A stretch of DNA of 64,000 nucleotides from an archaeon. GTDB lineage: Archaea; Nanobdellota; Nanobdellia; Pacearchaeales; DTIR01. Below, piece after piece: positions 24,756 through 33,676 of the stretch. The stretch spans positions 129,187 to 193,186 of the forward strand of contig JAZDFA010000007.1 of assembly GCA_043808285.1 (NCBI GenBank). Reading direction: 5' to 3'. Every line of letters starts with the position of its first letter. Position 1 is the first letter of the stretch. The notes beneath the pieces were generated by a model. It worked only from the letters and a program-made list of their open reading frames with translations. It had not been told where the DNA came from and searched no databases. Both the position numbers and the translations under genes were made by a program.

Positions 24756-25574
24756 TTATACAGCAACCTTGCTTAATGGTTTAAGGCCGCCCCATGTTGA
24801 ATCAAACATGCCCTCAACTGCATTTGCGAAGAATTCTGTGTTTACCCACACACTAGAATCATAGCTTGGATGAATCTTTTCATCATCAAGCATCATAAAC
24901 ATTAATTCATCTCCATCAACAACACAGAATCTTGCCTTTGGCCCCTCAAGATGCTTTACCTCTGCAATCTTTGACATGTCCTTTGCAAACTTAATATTGT
25001 TTTTGGTTATTGGTGCTGCAACTCTTATCTTTACTCCTCTCTTTTTTGCTTTTTCAAGTGTTGGCATCAATGCTTCCATTTTTCTGTTTAATCCTTCAGC
25101 AGTTGTTACAAGAGTAATGCTCTTGTCTGCCCCCCTCATCATCATATCAAGATGATTGTATATGTTCTGCCTTCCTTTCAATGCTCCTGCCAAATCAGAA
25201 GGCTGAATAAATTTCACACCATCTGTAAAAAGCAAATTTAATTCCTTTAGAACTTCATCATCCTTTAGATTATCAAGCCTCAATGATTTCTCTTTCGCTT
25301 CAGTATGAAGGTTTCTCTTGGCCCTCTCTATTACTTCTTGAGGCTTTAATGCTACAAACTTTATAGGCTTTCCTATTTTCATCACGATAAAACCTTTTTT
25401 TTCAAGAGATTCCAAAATATCATATGTCCTGCTTCTTGGAACATCGCTTATAGTGCTTAGCTCGCCGGCAGTAGAAACTCCTCTGGAAAGCAAAGATGCC
25501 CAAACTTTTACTTCATAGAGATTTAAATCAAAAATTTTTCTTAATCTGCTTAAAAATTCTTCTCTTACTATCAT
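24756..25574 (-). CDS. TrmB-family transcriptional regulator
   Basis: 272 aa. LYEVKVWASLLSRGVSTAGELSTISDVPRSRTYDILESLEKKGFI is the TrmB wHTH. It has a C-terminal effector-like domain. Confidence 0.8.
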   Translation of the reverse strand: MIVREEFLSRLRKIFDLNLYEVKVWASLLSRGVSTAGELSTISDVPRSRTYDILESLEKKGFIVMKIGKPIKFVALKPQEVIERAKRNLHTEAKEKSLRLDNLKDDEVLKELNLLFTDGVKFIQPSDLAGALKGRQNIYNHLDMMMRGADKSITLVTTAEGLNRKMEALMPTLEKAKKRGVKIRVAAPITKNNIKFAKDMSKIAEVKHLEGPKARFCVVDGDELMFMMLDDEKIHPSYDSSVWVNTEFFANAVEGMFDSTWGGLKPLSKVAV

Positions 25575-25642
25575 TTTTTTGTGTTTGTTCTCCTTAGAAA
25601 GTTAATAACTCTGAGGAGAAAGTACTATTTAAACCTTTCTTT

Positions 25643-28444
25643 TCAAAACAGTATCGCTGCTTTTTTGCCCTTAATTTCGGCATCAAATCTGCTTGCTTTT
25701 TTGGGTGTTTCATCGTCTATATCTATAATGGTTATATTGGTTGCATTCACCTTGGTTTTTATCATGTCAATGTTGTCTTCAACCCCCCTTTTTAGTTCAC
25801 TGCCTAGTTGTAATACGAGATCTATTGAATCATCTTTCTTAAGCTTTGATTTTTTTCTTGCATCCTGTATGTTTCTTAAAAGCTCCCTTGCATAGCCCTC
25901 TCCCTCAAGTTTTGGGGTGAGTTTTGTGTCAAGTTTCACTGATATTTCTTCCCCTTTTGTTATATTTACCTCTTTCACATTAAGCTGCTTTAGTATTATT
26001 TCCTCCACTTCATCGCTTAATATTGTATTGCATGTTACCTCTGCTTTTGCAAGAGGCCATCTTACACCCAAAGAAACAACCGCCCTCTGCGCCATTCCAA
26101 TCTCTATTATTTTCTCAGCTATCAGGAATTCATTCTCTAGTTTTTCATTTATTTTAGACATGTCAAACTCAGGCATTATGCAAAGGTGTATCGATTCTTC
26201 TTCTGCCTCTCCTTTTTTCTTTAGTTCCTGCCATATCTTTTCAGTTATGAATGGCATTATAGGTGCAAGGATTTGCAGCAGCCCCTTTCTTATTTCATCA
26301 AGAACGCTATAAGCTTCACTCGCCCTTCCTCTTATCATCTGTATATATGTCCTGCTTAAATCAAAAACAATGAATCTCTCAATTATCTGCAGCGCTTCAG
26401 GAATCCTAAACTTGTTGTAATATTCACTTGCTTCCTTTAATGCAGAATGATATCTTGACAGAATCCATTCATCCTCTACATTTAATTGCCCGCTCTTATT
26501 TTCTGTCTGTTCAATAAAATTATTCACATTAAGCAGTATTGTAATCACTTTTTGTATGTCCATGAATTCCTTTTCATCAAATGCAAAATCTTCACCCTTT
26601 GAAACTTTCGCAAAGTAATATCTCAGATAGTCCCTGCCAAATTTTTGTATTATCTCTTGCGGTGAGATTATATTACCCATGCTTTTTGACATTTTTTTCT
26701 TTCCTAAATCCAAGACCATTCCATGAACTGCAATATTTTCAAATGGCTTCTTGCCAAATCTTATTACTGAAAGTATAAGCTGAGAATTCCACCATCCCCT
26801 TATCTGGTCCTTACCTTCTATGTTTAAGTCTGCTGGCCAGAATTTTTCAAATAATTCTTTTTCTTTGGGAAACCCTAACGCTGCCCAGCTTGAAACTCCC
26901 GAATCAAACCATACATCAAGCACCTCTTCAACTCTTTTCATTTCATTTCCGCATTCGCATTTTATTGTTATATCATCAATCTCAGGCTTGTGAACTTCCT
27001 CTACTTTTTTGCCACTAAGTTCTTCCAACTCTTCTACACTGCCAATCACTTTCTTTTCATTGCACTTGCTGCAAGTCCATATTGGAAGAGGCGTGCCCCA
27101 ATATCTTTTTCTTGAAACAGGCCAGTCAGAAACTCCCTCTAGCCATGAATTCATTCTCAATTTCATCCATGATGGAATCCATTCAGTTTTTTCATTCTCA
27201 GACATTATTATGTCATGTATCTTTGATATCCTCAAAAACCATTGAGGCTGTGAAATCATTAAAAGCGGGCTTTTGCATCTCCAGCATAGCGGATAATCAT
27301 GATTGTATTTCATTTTGTAAACCAGCATTGATTTGCTTTCCAAATCAGTTATTATTTCTTCATCTACAACTCTTGCCTTTTTTCCTTGATATTTTCCAGC
27401 TTCCTCTGTGAGCAATCCATTTATTGAAACTGGGGAAGGCATGTCTAATTCGTATTCTTTGCCTACCTCATAGTCTTCTTTTCCATGGCCTGGCGCGCAA
27501 TGGACTAATCCTGTTCCCTCTTCAAGATGGACATATCTCCCAGACAGCACAATCTTGTATCCATTTTTTACAGAAAGATTTAGGTCTTTGGAAAGAGGAT
27601 TTTCATATTCCCATCCCTCCATTTCTTTTCCATCATACTCTGCTTTTGCATTAAACCCCAGTTCAAGAGAAGCCATGATCTTGGCAACAAGCTCCTTTGC
27701 AATTATCCACCTATCGCCATTTGAAAGCTCTATCTTCTGATATTTGAAATCAGGATGCACCATCACTCCTGTATTCCCTGGCAGTGTCCATGGAGTTGTT
27801 GTCCATATTATCAGGAAGGTATTTTTCTTTTGCTTAAGCGGAAATTTTACGAAGACTGAAGTATCATCCTGCTTGCCATATTCTATTTCATTGTATGCAA
27901 GGGCAGTCTCGCATCTTGGGCAGACGTGAACTGGGTATTTTCCAAGGTAAAGCAATCCCTTTTCATCAGCAACCTTGAAAGTTTCCCATATAGCTTCTAT
28001 GTAATCCGTGGAGAGTGTTAGGTAAGGATTGTCAAAATCCATCCAGACTCCTAAGTCTTTAAACTCAGAATTCATTACATCAATATATTGTGTTGCAAAC
28101 TGCTTGCACTTCTCTATGAACTTCTTTACACCAAAAACTTCTATGTCTTTCTTTGTCTTGCTTCCTATTTCCTTTTCTATCTGGAATTCAATTGGCAGCC
28201 CATGAGTATCATAACCTGCCCTGTCAAAAACATCATAGCCCTGCATCCTTTTTGTTCTCATTGCAATGTCTTTTAGTATCTTGTTTAATGCAGTCCCCAT
28301 ATGGATATGTCCTGTCGCGTATGGTGGGCCATCCATGAAGTAGAATTTTTTTCCTTGCGCATTTTTTTCTTTTACTTTCTTGTAAATCTGGCTTTTGCTC
28401 CAGAAATCAAGCACTTCTTGTTCAGTTTCTTTGAAATTGTACAT
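25643..28444 (-). CDS. ileS: Isoleucyl-tRNA synthetase (archaeal type)
   Basis: 933 aa. It has GPPYATGHIHMGTALNKILKD, the editing-domain TTPWTLPGN, DWPVSRKRYWGTPLPIW, and KMSKS. Confidence 0.9.
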   Translation of the reverse strand: MYNFKETEQEVLDFWSKSQIYKKVKEKNAQGKKFYFMDGPPYATGHIHMGTALNKILKDIAMRTKRMQGYDVFDRAGYDTHGLPIEFQIEKEIGSKTKKDIEVFGVKKFIEKCKQFATQYIDVMNSEFKDLGVWMDFDNPYLTLSTDYIEAIWETFKVADEKGLLYLGKYPVHVCPRCETALAYNEIEYGKQDDTSVFVKFPLKQKKNTFLIIWTTTPWTLPGNTGVMVHPDFKYQKIELSNGDRWIIAKELVAKIMASLELGFNAKAEYDGKEMEGWEYENPLSKDLNLSVKNGYKIVLSGRYVHLEEGTGLVHCAPGHGKEDYEVGKEYELDMPSPVSINGLLTEEAGKYQGKKARVVDEEIITDLESKSMLVYKMKYNHDYPLCWRCKSPLLMISQPQWFLRISKIHDIIMSENEKTEWIPSWMKLRMNSWLEGVSDWPVSRKRYWGTPLPIWTCSKCNEKKVIGSVEELEELSGKKVEEVHKPEIDDITIKCECGNEMKRVEEVLDVWFDSGVSSWAALGFPKEKELFEKFWPADLNIEGKDQIRGWWNSQLILSVIRFGKKPFENIAVHGMVLDLGKKKMSKSMGNIISPQEIIQKFGRDYLRYYFAKVSKGEDFAFDEKEFMDIQKVITILLNVNNFIEQTENKSGQLNVEDEWILSRYHSALKEASEYYNKFRIPEALQIIERFIVFDLSRTYIQMIRGRASEAYSVLDEIRKGLLQILAPIMPFITEKIWQELKKKGEAEEESIHLCIMPEFDMSKINEKLENEFLIAEKIIEIGMAQRAVVSLGVRWPLAKAEVTCNTILSDEVEEIILKQLNVKEVNITKGEEISVKLDTKLTPKLEGEGYARELLRNIQDARKKSKLKKDDSIDLVLQLGSELKRGVEDNIDMIKTKVNATNITIIDIDDETPKKASRFDAEIKGKKAAILF

Positions 28445-28608
28445 TCTAAATACCTAGTGATTTAGTATTTTTTAAATATTCCGCTCTATTAAGAATCTTG
28501 CTTCAGCTGCCCTCCTTTCCTTCCCTTAGCGTGCATTCATATGTTTTAAGATACTGTCAACTAAAAGGGATAAGATTATAAACTTCTAATTCTTAAACAT
28601 CTCAGGAG

Positions 28609-28911
28609 GTGAGATGTATGAAATGCCCAAATTGTAGAAACACAAATATTTCTAAAAGAGGATTTAGATATGACCAAATTGGAAAGAAACAGAGGTTTCT
28701 TTGTAATAAATGTGAAAAGACTTTTATTAAAAAAGATGGATTTGAAAGAATGAGGCATAAGAAAAGAGATATTGCAAGGGCAATACACCTCCATAATGAT
28801 GGTCTTTCTCTTTTTCAAATTCAAAATCATCTTTGGCAACATGATGGTGTAAAAGTAAGCAGAGAAACTGTAAGAGAATGGTGTGATAGATATTCTGTTT
28901 TTTTAAAATAG
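28609..28911 (+). CDS. IS6-family transposase, N-terminal zinc-finger/HTH part (frame A)
   Basis: A CPNC...(n)..CNKC zinc ribbon is followed by LSLFQIQNHLWQHDGVKVSRETVREWCDRY, which resembles the IS26 Tnp N-terminal HTH. It ends at TAG 28909-28911 right after T7A4. Confidence 0.75.
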   Translation: MRCMKCPNCRNTNISKRGFRYDQIGKKQRFLCNKCEKTFIKKDGFERMRHKKRDIARAIHLHNDGLSLFQIQNHLWQHDGVKVSRETVREWCDRYSVFLK

Positions 28912-29539
28912 GATAAGAAAAATTGTTAAGCCAAAAATTAAAGGAGGCATTCATTATGATGAAAAATACATTAAAGTTAATGGAAAAGAGAATTATGATT
29001 TGAATGCTATTGATAACAAAACCAAGTTTGTTTTAGCTCATTTGTTCGTCGAGAAACGAACAAAACAGAAATGTTATGAATTTCTAAAGCAGATAAAAGA
29101 TTCTTGTTACCATCAAATAATCGAAACTTACAATCAAGAAAAGCATAAGAAAGTTGAGGATAGAAAATTAATAAATTTTGTTTGTGATAAATTTGCAGGT
29201 TATAAATCTGCTTTTAGTAGAAATTTTTATAGAATTGCAAATTTGTCTTTTGGAGTTCCAATTGCTTGTAAAAAATATGGATTAGAGCATAACAATAATC
29301 CAATTGAGAGATACAATGGAAAAATAAAAGATAGGATGAATGGGATGAGAAAAGGTTTTGGTAGTTTTTCAGGAGCAGAAAATTTTATGAATTTGCAATG
29401 TGTAATTCATAACTTTGTAAATCCCCATCAGGAATTGAAAGATAAAACTCCTGCAGAAATGGCAGAAATAGTTTTACCCTTAGGAAGAAATAAGATACTA
29501 GGATTAGCGAGATATTTGGTTAATGTCCCGTTAATCTGA
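28910..29539 (+). CDS. IS6-family transposase, DDE catalytic part (frame A+1)
   Basis: The frame is open from 28910. HYDEKYIKVNG...LNAIDNKTK, VCDKFAGYKSAF and NNNPIERYNGKIKDRM..GFGSF align with DETYVKVNG, NTDKAPAY and NNVIECDHGKLKRI..GFKS of IS26-type transposases. Confidence 0.8.
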   Translation, partial: RIRKIVKPKIKGGIHYDEKYIKVNGKENYDLNAIDNKTKFVLAHLFVEKRTKQKCYEFLKQIKDSCYHQIIETYNQEKHKKVEDRKLINFVCDKFAGYKSAFSRNFYRIANLSFGVPIACKKYGLEHNNNPIERYNGKIKDRMNGMRKGFGSFSGAENFMNLQCVIHNFVNPHQELKDKTPAEMAEIVLPLGRNKILGLARYLVNVPLI

Positions 29540-29590
29540 CAGTATCATGTTTTAAGTTAATTTAAATATTCAGATTACCTCTAGTAATAT

Positions 29591-30049
29591 ATGGGGCTTT
29601 TTGACTTAAAACTTGGAAAATTAAATACCTCCCTTTATGATTTGGGGACTATTGCCGCAGGATTCTATATTGGATACAATGAAGGAAAAGGAATCCCCAC
29701 TGGCAGGTCAGTAGAGTACATGGCAAAATACGGACCAACTACCCTTTCATTGGCTGTTTCCCCATTGATGATTAAGGCAAATTACTCTTTCCTAAAATGG
29801 GCTAGAAAGAAAGTATTGGAAGGCATTGCAAGCGGGAATTTGAAGGTAACTCTTGGAGATAATTCAAAGAAGAAATTTAAAGATTTGAATAAAGAACAAC
29901 AACAAAAAGTGGCAGATTCAATGAAGAATATTGAATCCAAGATTTTATCTCTAAGATATATCGAGCCAGCTTTATTAATCGGATTAAAGACTTCCCTTGA
30001 AACATTTGTAGGATATTATGCTGGAAGATTATACAGCCAGCTAAACTAA
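29591..30049 (+). CDS. Hypothetical protein (probably membrane associated)
   Basis: 152-aa ORF with hydrophobic segments and no recognisable domain. Confidence 0.35.
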   Translation: MGLFDLKLGKLNTSLYDLGTIAAGFYIGYNEGKGIPTGRSVEYMAKYGPTTLSLAVSPLMIKANYSFLKWARKKVLEGIASGNLKVTLGDNSKKKFKDLNKEQQQKVADSMKNIESKILSLRYIEPALLIGLKTSLETFVGYYAGRLYSQLN

Positions 30050-30119
30050 ATCTCTCCCATATCTCACTTATGGAACAGCAATTCGAAAGCTATTTAATAT
30101 AGTTTAATCAAGCTTTTTT

Positions 30120-31106
30120 ATGCGCAAGAAGATAGTGACTATAGGGGGCGGCTCAGGCAGTTTCAATCTCCTGAAAGGTCTTAAGAAATATGTTTTAAGG
30201 GATGATGGGGATGAAAGCATAGACATAACGTTCATAGCAGCATCAACTGATTCTGGAGGAAGTTCTGGAGAATTAAGAGATGAGTTTGGAATATTGCCTC
30301 CAGGAGATATGAGACAGGGATTAATAGCCTTGTCAAATTCTGGTGAAGAATGGAAGAAGATTTTTGGTTACAGGTTTAAGAACGAGAAGAGCAGGCTTAA
30401 TGGGCATAATATTGGCAATATAATAATAACAGGGCTTACTGAAGATTATGGTGAAAAAGAAGCATGGAATAGGCTTCATAAGATGCTTGATGTGCAAGGC
30501 AGAGTTATCCCTTCAACATGGGAAAAAACACATATAACTGCAGAGTATGAAGATGGGACTGTTCTTGATAAAGAACATATGATAGACAAGGCTGATAACT
30601 CTCCTCTTTCAAAAATAAAAAAGCTTTATTCTAATTCAAAGATAAGAGCTAATCCAGAGGCTTTGGAGGCAATAGCAAAGGCAGACGCAATAATAATCGG
30701 GCCAGGAGATTTATACACCAGTATAATATGCAATTTCGTTGTTGGGGGAATTGCAGATGCCATTAAAAAATCAAAGGCAATGAAAGTCTACAATTGCAAC
30801 ATAATGACAAAGCCTTCAGAAACCCCGAAATATAGCGTTGCCACTCACTTTAGTGACATTGAAAAATATCTTGGGAAAGATATTATCAGCACTATCACAT
30901 ACAACAACAATTATGATTTTGACAGCAAGCTTCTCCAAGGTTATAGAAAAGAGAACAAGGAGATTGTAAAATTTAATGCTGGTGAGTTTGCGTCAAAAAA
31001 TGTCAAGCTAATGGGGGCAGATTTGGCAAGTGACAAGGACATAATCAGGCATGATTCTGAGAAACTCTCAAGCATAATAATGAGAGTAATTTTCCCGATA
31101 GTGTAG
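30120..31106 (+). CDS. CofD/YvcK-family protein (UPF0052; 2-phospho-L-lactate transferase-like / gluconeogenesis factor)
   Basis: 328 aa. It has VTIGGGSGSFNLLKGL, TDSGGSSGELRDEFGILPPGDMRQ and IIGPGDLYTSI. Confidence 0.8.
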   Translation: MRKKIVTIGGGSGSFNLLKGLKKYVLRDDGDESIDITFIAASTDSGGSSGELRDEFGILPPGDMRQGLIALSNSGEEWKKIFGYRFKNEKSRLNGHNIGNIIITGLTEDYGEKEAWNRLHKMLDVQGRVIPSTWEKTHITAEYEDGTVLDKEHMIDKADNSPLSKIKKLYSNSKIRANPEALEAIAKADAIIIGPGDLYTSIICNFVVGGIADAIKKSKAMKVYNCNIMTKPSETPKYSVATHFSDIEKYLGKDIISTITYNNNYDFDSKLLQGYRKENKEIVKFNAGEFASKNVKLMGADLASDKDIIRHDSEKLSSIIMRVIFPIV

Positions 31107-31110
31107 AAAT

Positions 31111-31410
31111 ATGGATGAGATAAAAAAGAAAAAAGTTCTTGAATTAATCAGCAGTATTCCAAAAGGAAAAGTTTCCAGTTACAAGATTGTCGCAGATAAA
31201 TTAAAAGTTCATCCAAGGGTTGTTGCCCACGCACTTTCTTCTAACAAGCACCCAATTGTTATTCCTTGCCATAGGGTTGTTCATCATGATGGAAGAGTCG
31301 GGGGCTATACTCCTAAAGGAACAAAAGAAAAGATCAGGATTCTAAAAGAAGAGGGAGTTGAGATTTCTGATGGAAAGATTGATGAGGAAGATTTCTGTTT
31401 TTTTAACTGA
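31111..31410 (+). CDS. MGMT-family protein (methylated-DNA-protein-cysteine methyltransferase DNA-binding/active-site domain only)
   Basis: 99 aa. It has IPKGKVSSYKIVA and the active-site PCHRVV motif. It starts 4 nt after the previous gene. Confidence 0.8.
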   Translation: MDEIKKKKVLELISSIPKGKVSSYKIVADKLKVHPRVVAHALSSNKHPIVIPCHRVVHHDGRVGGYTPKGTKEKIRILKEEGVEISDGKIDEEDFCFFN

Positions 31411-31423
31411 TAAAATTATTTTT

Positions 31424-31476
31424 CCAAATCCAAGGAAAGTCCCATCCTATCTGCTAAATAACCACGTCAATTAAAA
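31424..31476 (+). repeat. Dispersed intergenic repeat (IGR family), forward copy
   Basis: CCAAATCCAAGGAAAGTCCCATCCTATCTGCTAAATAACCACGTCAATTAAAAG. Confidence 0.6.
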
Positions 31477-31504
31477 GATTCTAATAAAAATCACTCATAA
31501 AAAA

Positions 31505-32224
31505 TTATATCCCTTCAATCATTTCCGCTTCAATAAAATGCAATGATGATGGAAAGATTAAGCATGATGGATTTTTTATTTTCTTTTTTGATAATGTTTC
31601 AAAAGTTCCTTTGATTATTTCTTGATGCTCTGTTCCAAGCATTGAGCATGCTATGATTATATTTGGCAAGTTCTCTCCTCTTTTGTCTGATATTTCTTTG
31701 ATGTAGGCTAACGCCTCTTTTGCATCCAGTCCGATATCAAGAAGAAATAATGTGTGCGCTTTTATTGAGTCATTTTCTTTGTAGATATCATAAAAGCTTT
31801 CTGGCTGAAAGCTTTTTTGCCATTTTGGTATTGAAGCAATTTTGCCAAACTTGTACAATTGAAGTCCTGTGTCGCAAACTGCATTGATAACTGAAGTGTT
31901 ATGAATTATTTTTATTTTTACACCTTCTTTTTTTGCTCTCAGGATTATATCTGAGTGAGTTGTTGCAGAAAGAGGGTCTCCATATACCAATATTGCAACA
32001 TCAATTTTTTTAGCATCATTTATTATCTCTTCTGCGCCACTCTCTATTTTTGCCCTGTCTGCAATGATTAGCTTTTTTTCAAGAGATTTTTCAAGTTCGC
32101 AAATTTCATATGGGAATTCTATTGTGTAAGATTCAAGATATGTTTTTTTGCACTTCTTTATTATTTCCAATGACTTGATAGAAACGTCTCCAATATCCAA
32201 ACCCAGTCCTATGATATAAAGCAT
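31505..32224 (-). CDS. dph5: Diphthine synthase
   Basis: 239 aa. It has MLYIIGLGL......S.K.LE.....K.TYLESYT and a tetrapyrrole-methylase fold pattern (LVYGDPLSATTH). Confidence 0.85.
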   Translation of the reverse strand: MLYIIGLGLDIGDVSIKSLEIIKKCKKTYLESYTIEFPYEICELEKSLEKKLIIADRAKIESGAEEIINDAKKIDVAILVYGDPLSATTHSDIILRAKKEGVKIKIIHNTSVINAVCDTGLQLYKFGKIASIPKWQKSFQPESFYDIYKENDSIKAHTLFLLDIGLDAKEALAYIKEISDKRGENLPNIIIACSMLGTEHQEIIKGTFETLSKKKIKNPSCLIFPSSLHFIEAEMIEGI

Positions 32225-32225
32225 T

Positions 32226-32525
32226 TTATTTCTTCCTATTTTTTTTCTTACTCGTTAAATGCTCTTCATTGCAGCATGTTCTGCTGTATGAGCTATGTAC
32301 AAGCAGATAAATGAATGCAGAACTTAATATCAGGAGCCATTTTTCATTTATTCCAATCCTCAAAAATAATGAAGCAATTACCACTGTTGCGCATCCGACC
32401 ATTATTGCAAAGAAAGCGTCTCTTCCCTTCTGGAGTTCTTCTTTTGTTGATTTTGCTAAGAGCATCCCCAATGGAACTGCCGCTCCAAGAACAGTCAAAA
32501 CAAGTATTATTTGCAATGCATCCAT
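32226..32525 (-). CDS. Small membrane protein
   Basis: 99 aa with three hydrophobic helices. Its stop lies 1 nt upstream of the dph5 start. Confidence 0.4.
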   Translation of the reverse strand: MDALQIILVLTVLGAAVPLGMLLAKSTKEELQKGRDAFFAIMVGCATVVIASLFLRIGINEKWLLILSSAFIYLLVHSSYSRTCCNEEHLTSKKKNRKK

Positions 32526-32548
32526 GTTTATTGATTGGAAATATTCAT

Positions 32549-33313
32549 TTAAATTTTTATTGGAAGGTCAAAAAATTTAATGGCATTTATTCCTGCCCCC
32601 TTCCATACCCCTTCAAAAGTTATTTTTTTTATTTCTGCAATTTCTGCTGCTACCTGTTTTATTGATAATGGCGTGTTTCTCTTGCCGAATCCAAACCATG
32701 GAGAGTCAGTTTCAAGCATTATGTTTGAAAGAGGCATGTCTCTTGCAATTTTCTTTATGTCCTTTGACTTCATTATGCTTGGCCCAATTGAGATCCCCCA
32801 ATTGTTTTCAATTATGTTTTTTATATGCTCTTTTGAAGAAAAAAGATGCATTACAACTTTCTTGTCTTTCATTCCTTCTTTTTCTAGTATTGATATGCAG
32901 TCATCAAATGCATCCCTGCAATGGATTAATAGCGTTTTGTCAAGCTCTTTTGCAAGACGGATAAATTCAACAAACATCTCTTTTTGTTTCTCTCTTGAAG
33001 CAGGATTTTTTATGTGGTAGTAATCCAGTCCTGTTTCTCCAATAGCATTGATTAATTCCTTATTCTCTCTTAAGAAGTCAATCGCCTGTTTTATTGTTGA
33101 TTCTGACATCTTCTCTATATATATAGGGTGTATTGCCAAAGCATTAAAAAGAAATAATGGATATTTTTTGTGCAAGTCAATTGCACTCCCAAAATTTGGG
33201 AAATAGGGAGAGGAATTTATTACTGCCTTTAGCTCCTTTTGGCATTCTTTTATTACTTCATCCCTGTCAGAATCATAATCCTTTTGCTGTATGTGGCAGT
33301 GAACATCTATCAT
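32549..33313 (-). CDS. TatD-family metal-dependent hydrolase/DNase
   Basis: 254 aa. It has MIDVHCHI, IGETGLDYY, LLIHCRDA and ETDSPW. Confidence 0.85.
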   Translation of the reverse strand: MIDVHCHIQQKDYDSDRDEVIKECQKELKAVINSSPYFPNFGSAIDLHKKYPLFLFNALAIHPIYIEKMSESTIKQAIDFLRENKELINAIGETGLDYYHIKNPASREKQKEMFVEFIRLAKELDKTLLIHCRDAFDDCISILEKEGMKDKKVVMHLFSSKEHIKNIIENNWGISIGPSIMKSKDIKKIARDMPLSNIMLETDSPWFGFGKRNTPLSIKQVAAEIAEIKKITFEGVWKGAGINAIKFFDLPIKI

Positions 33314-33377
33314 CTTTAAGAGAAAAATATCTCGTTTAAATATTTGGTGTTGTAGAATACTTCAAAAGAAAGACAAT

Positions 33378-33443
33378 TCTTCCAAAACCAAAAATTATAT
33401 TGAGCCACCTTACTCCTAACTGCTAAAATGTCACGTTAATTAG
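33378..33443 (+). repeat. Dispersed intergenic repeat (IGR family), forward copy
   Basis: TTCTTCCAAAACCAAAAATTATATTGAGCCACCTTACTCCTAACTGCTAAAATGTCACGTTAATTAG. Confidence 0.75.
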
Positions 33444-33483
33444 AAAAAGGTTATAGCTATTTTTCACATCAAAAAAACATGAG

Positions 33484-33638
33484 TATTACCGCACCTTAAA
33501 AGGTGCGGTTTGTGTGTTTTTTGGATGCAAGGAAATTCTTTTGAATTTCCGGCACAGAAAATCCAGTAAGATTTTCTTGTGCTCAAGAACACGCGACTAC
33601 ACACTTTAAATGTGTAGTTTTAGTCAAGTGTTCTTGAC
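33484..33638 (-). mobile_element. Hairpin MITE-like element, copy C (longer variant, minus orientation)
   Basis: On the minus strand it starts after TTAT with GTCAAGAACACTTGAC...CGCGTGTTCTTGA. Further hairpins follow (CTACACA..TGTGTAG, GAAAATC..GATTTTC, GGAAATTC..GAATTTCC, CCGCACCTT..AAGGTGCGG). It ends in ..GCGGTAATAC. Confidence 0.6.
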
Positions 33639-33676
33639 ATAAAAAAATTAATAAATGCCAGTTGGTTAGCCCATGA

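Larger units (their letters stand above)
28550..29546 (+). mobile_element. IS6-family insertion sequence (997 bp) with terminal inverted repeats and a perfect target-site duplication
   Basis: The left end GATACTGTCAAC.. and the reverse complement of the right end GATACTGTCAGA.. match. ATGTTTTAA flanks both sides (28541-28549 and 29547-29555). Confidence 0.85.

Noticed and set aside
25917-28338. Numerous plus-strand ORFs inside the ileS region (for example 25917..26312 and 27082..27411)
   Set aside because: These are shadow ORFs antisense to a well-supported 933-aa IleRS gene. The same reasoning applies to antisense ORFs within argS, tyrA, the DUF2075 gene, rbcL, the helicase and the polyamine genes.
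14994-29539. Could the split genes (ABCE1, HhH protein, IS6 transposase) indicate an alternative genetic code with stop-codon reassignment?
   Set aside because: The breaks are frame changes at homopolymers, not in-frame stops. TAA, TAG and TGA all terminate otherwise well-delimited genes in the window (for example TGA for tnpA, TAG for the aldolase, TAA for many others).
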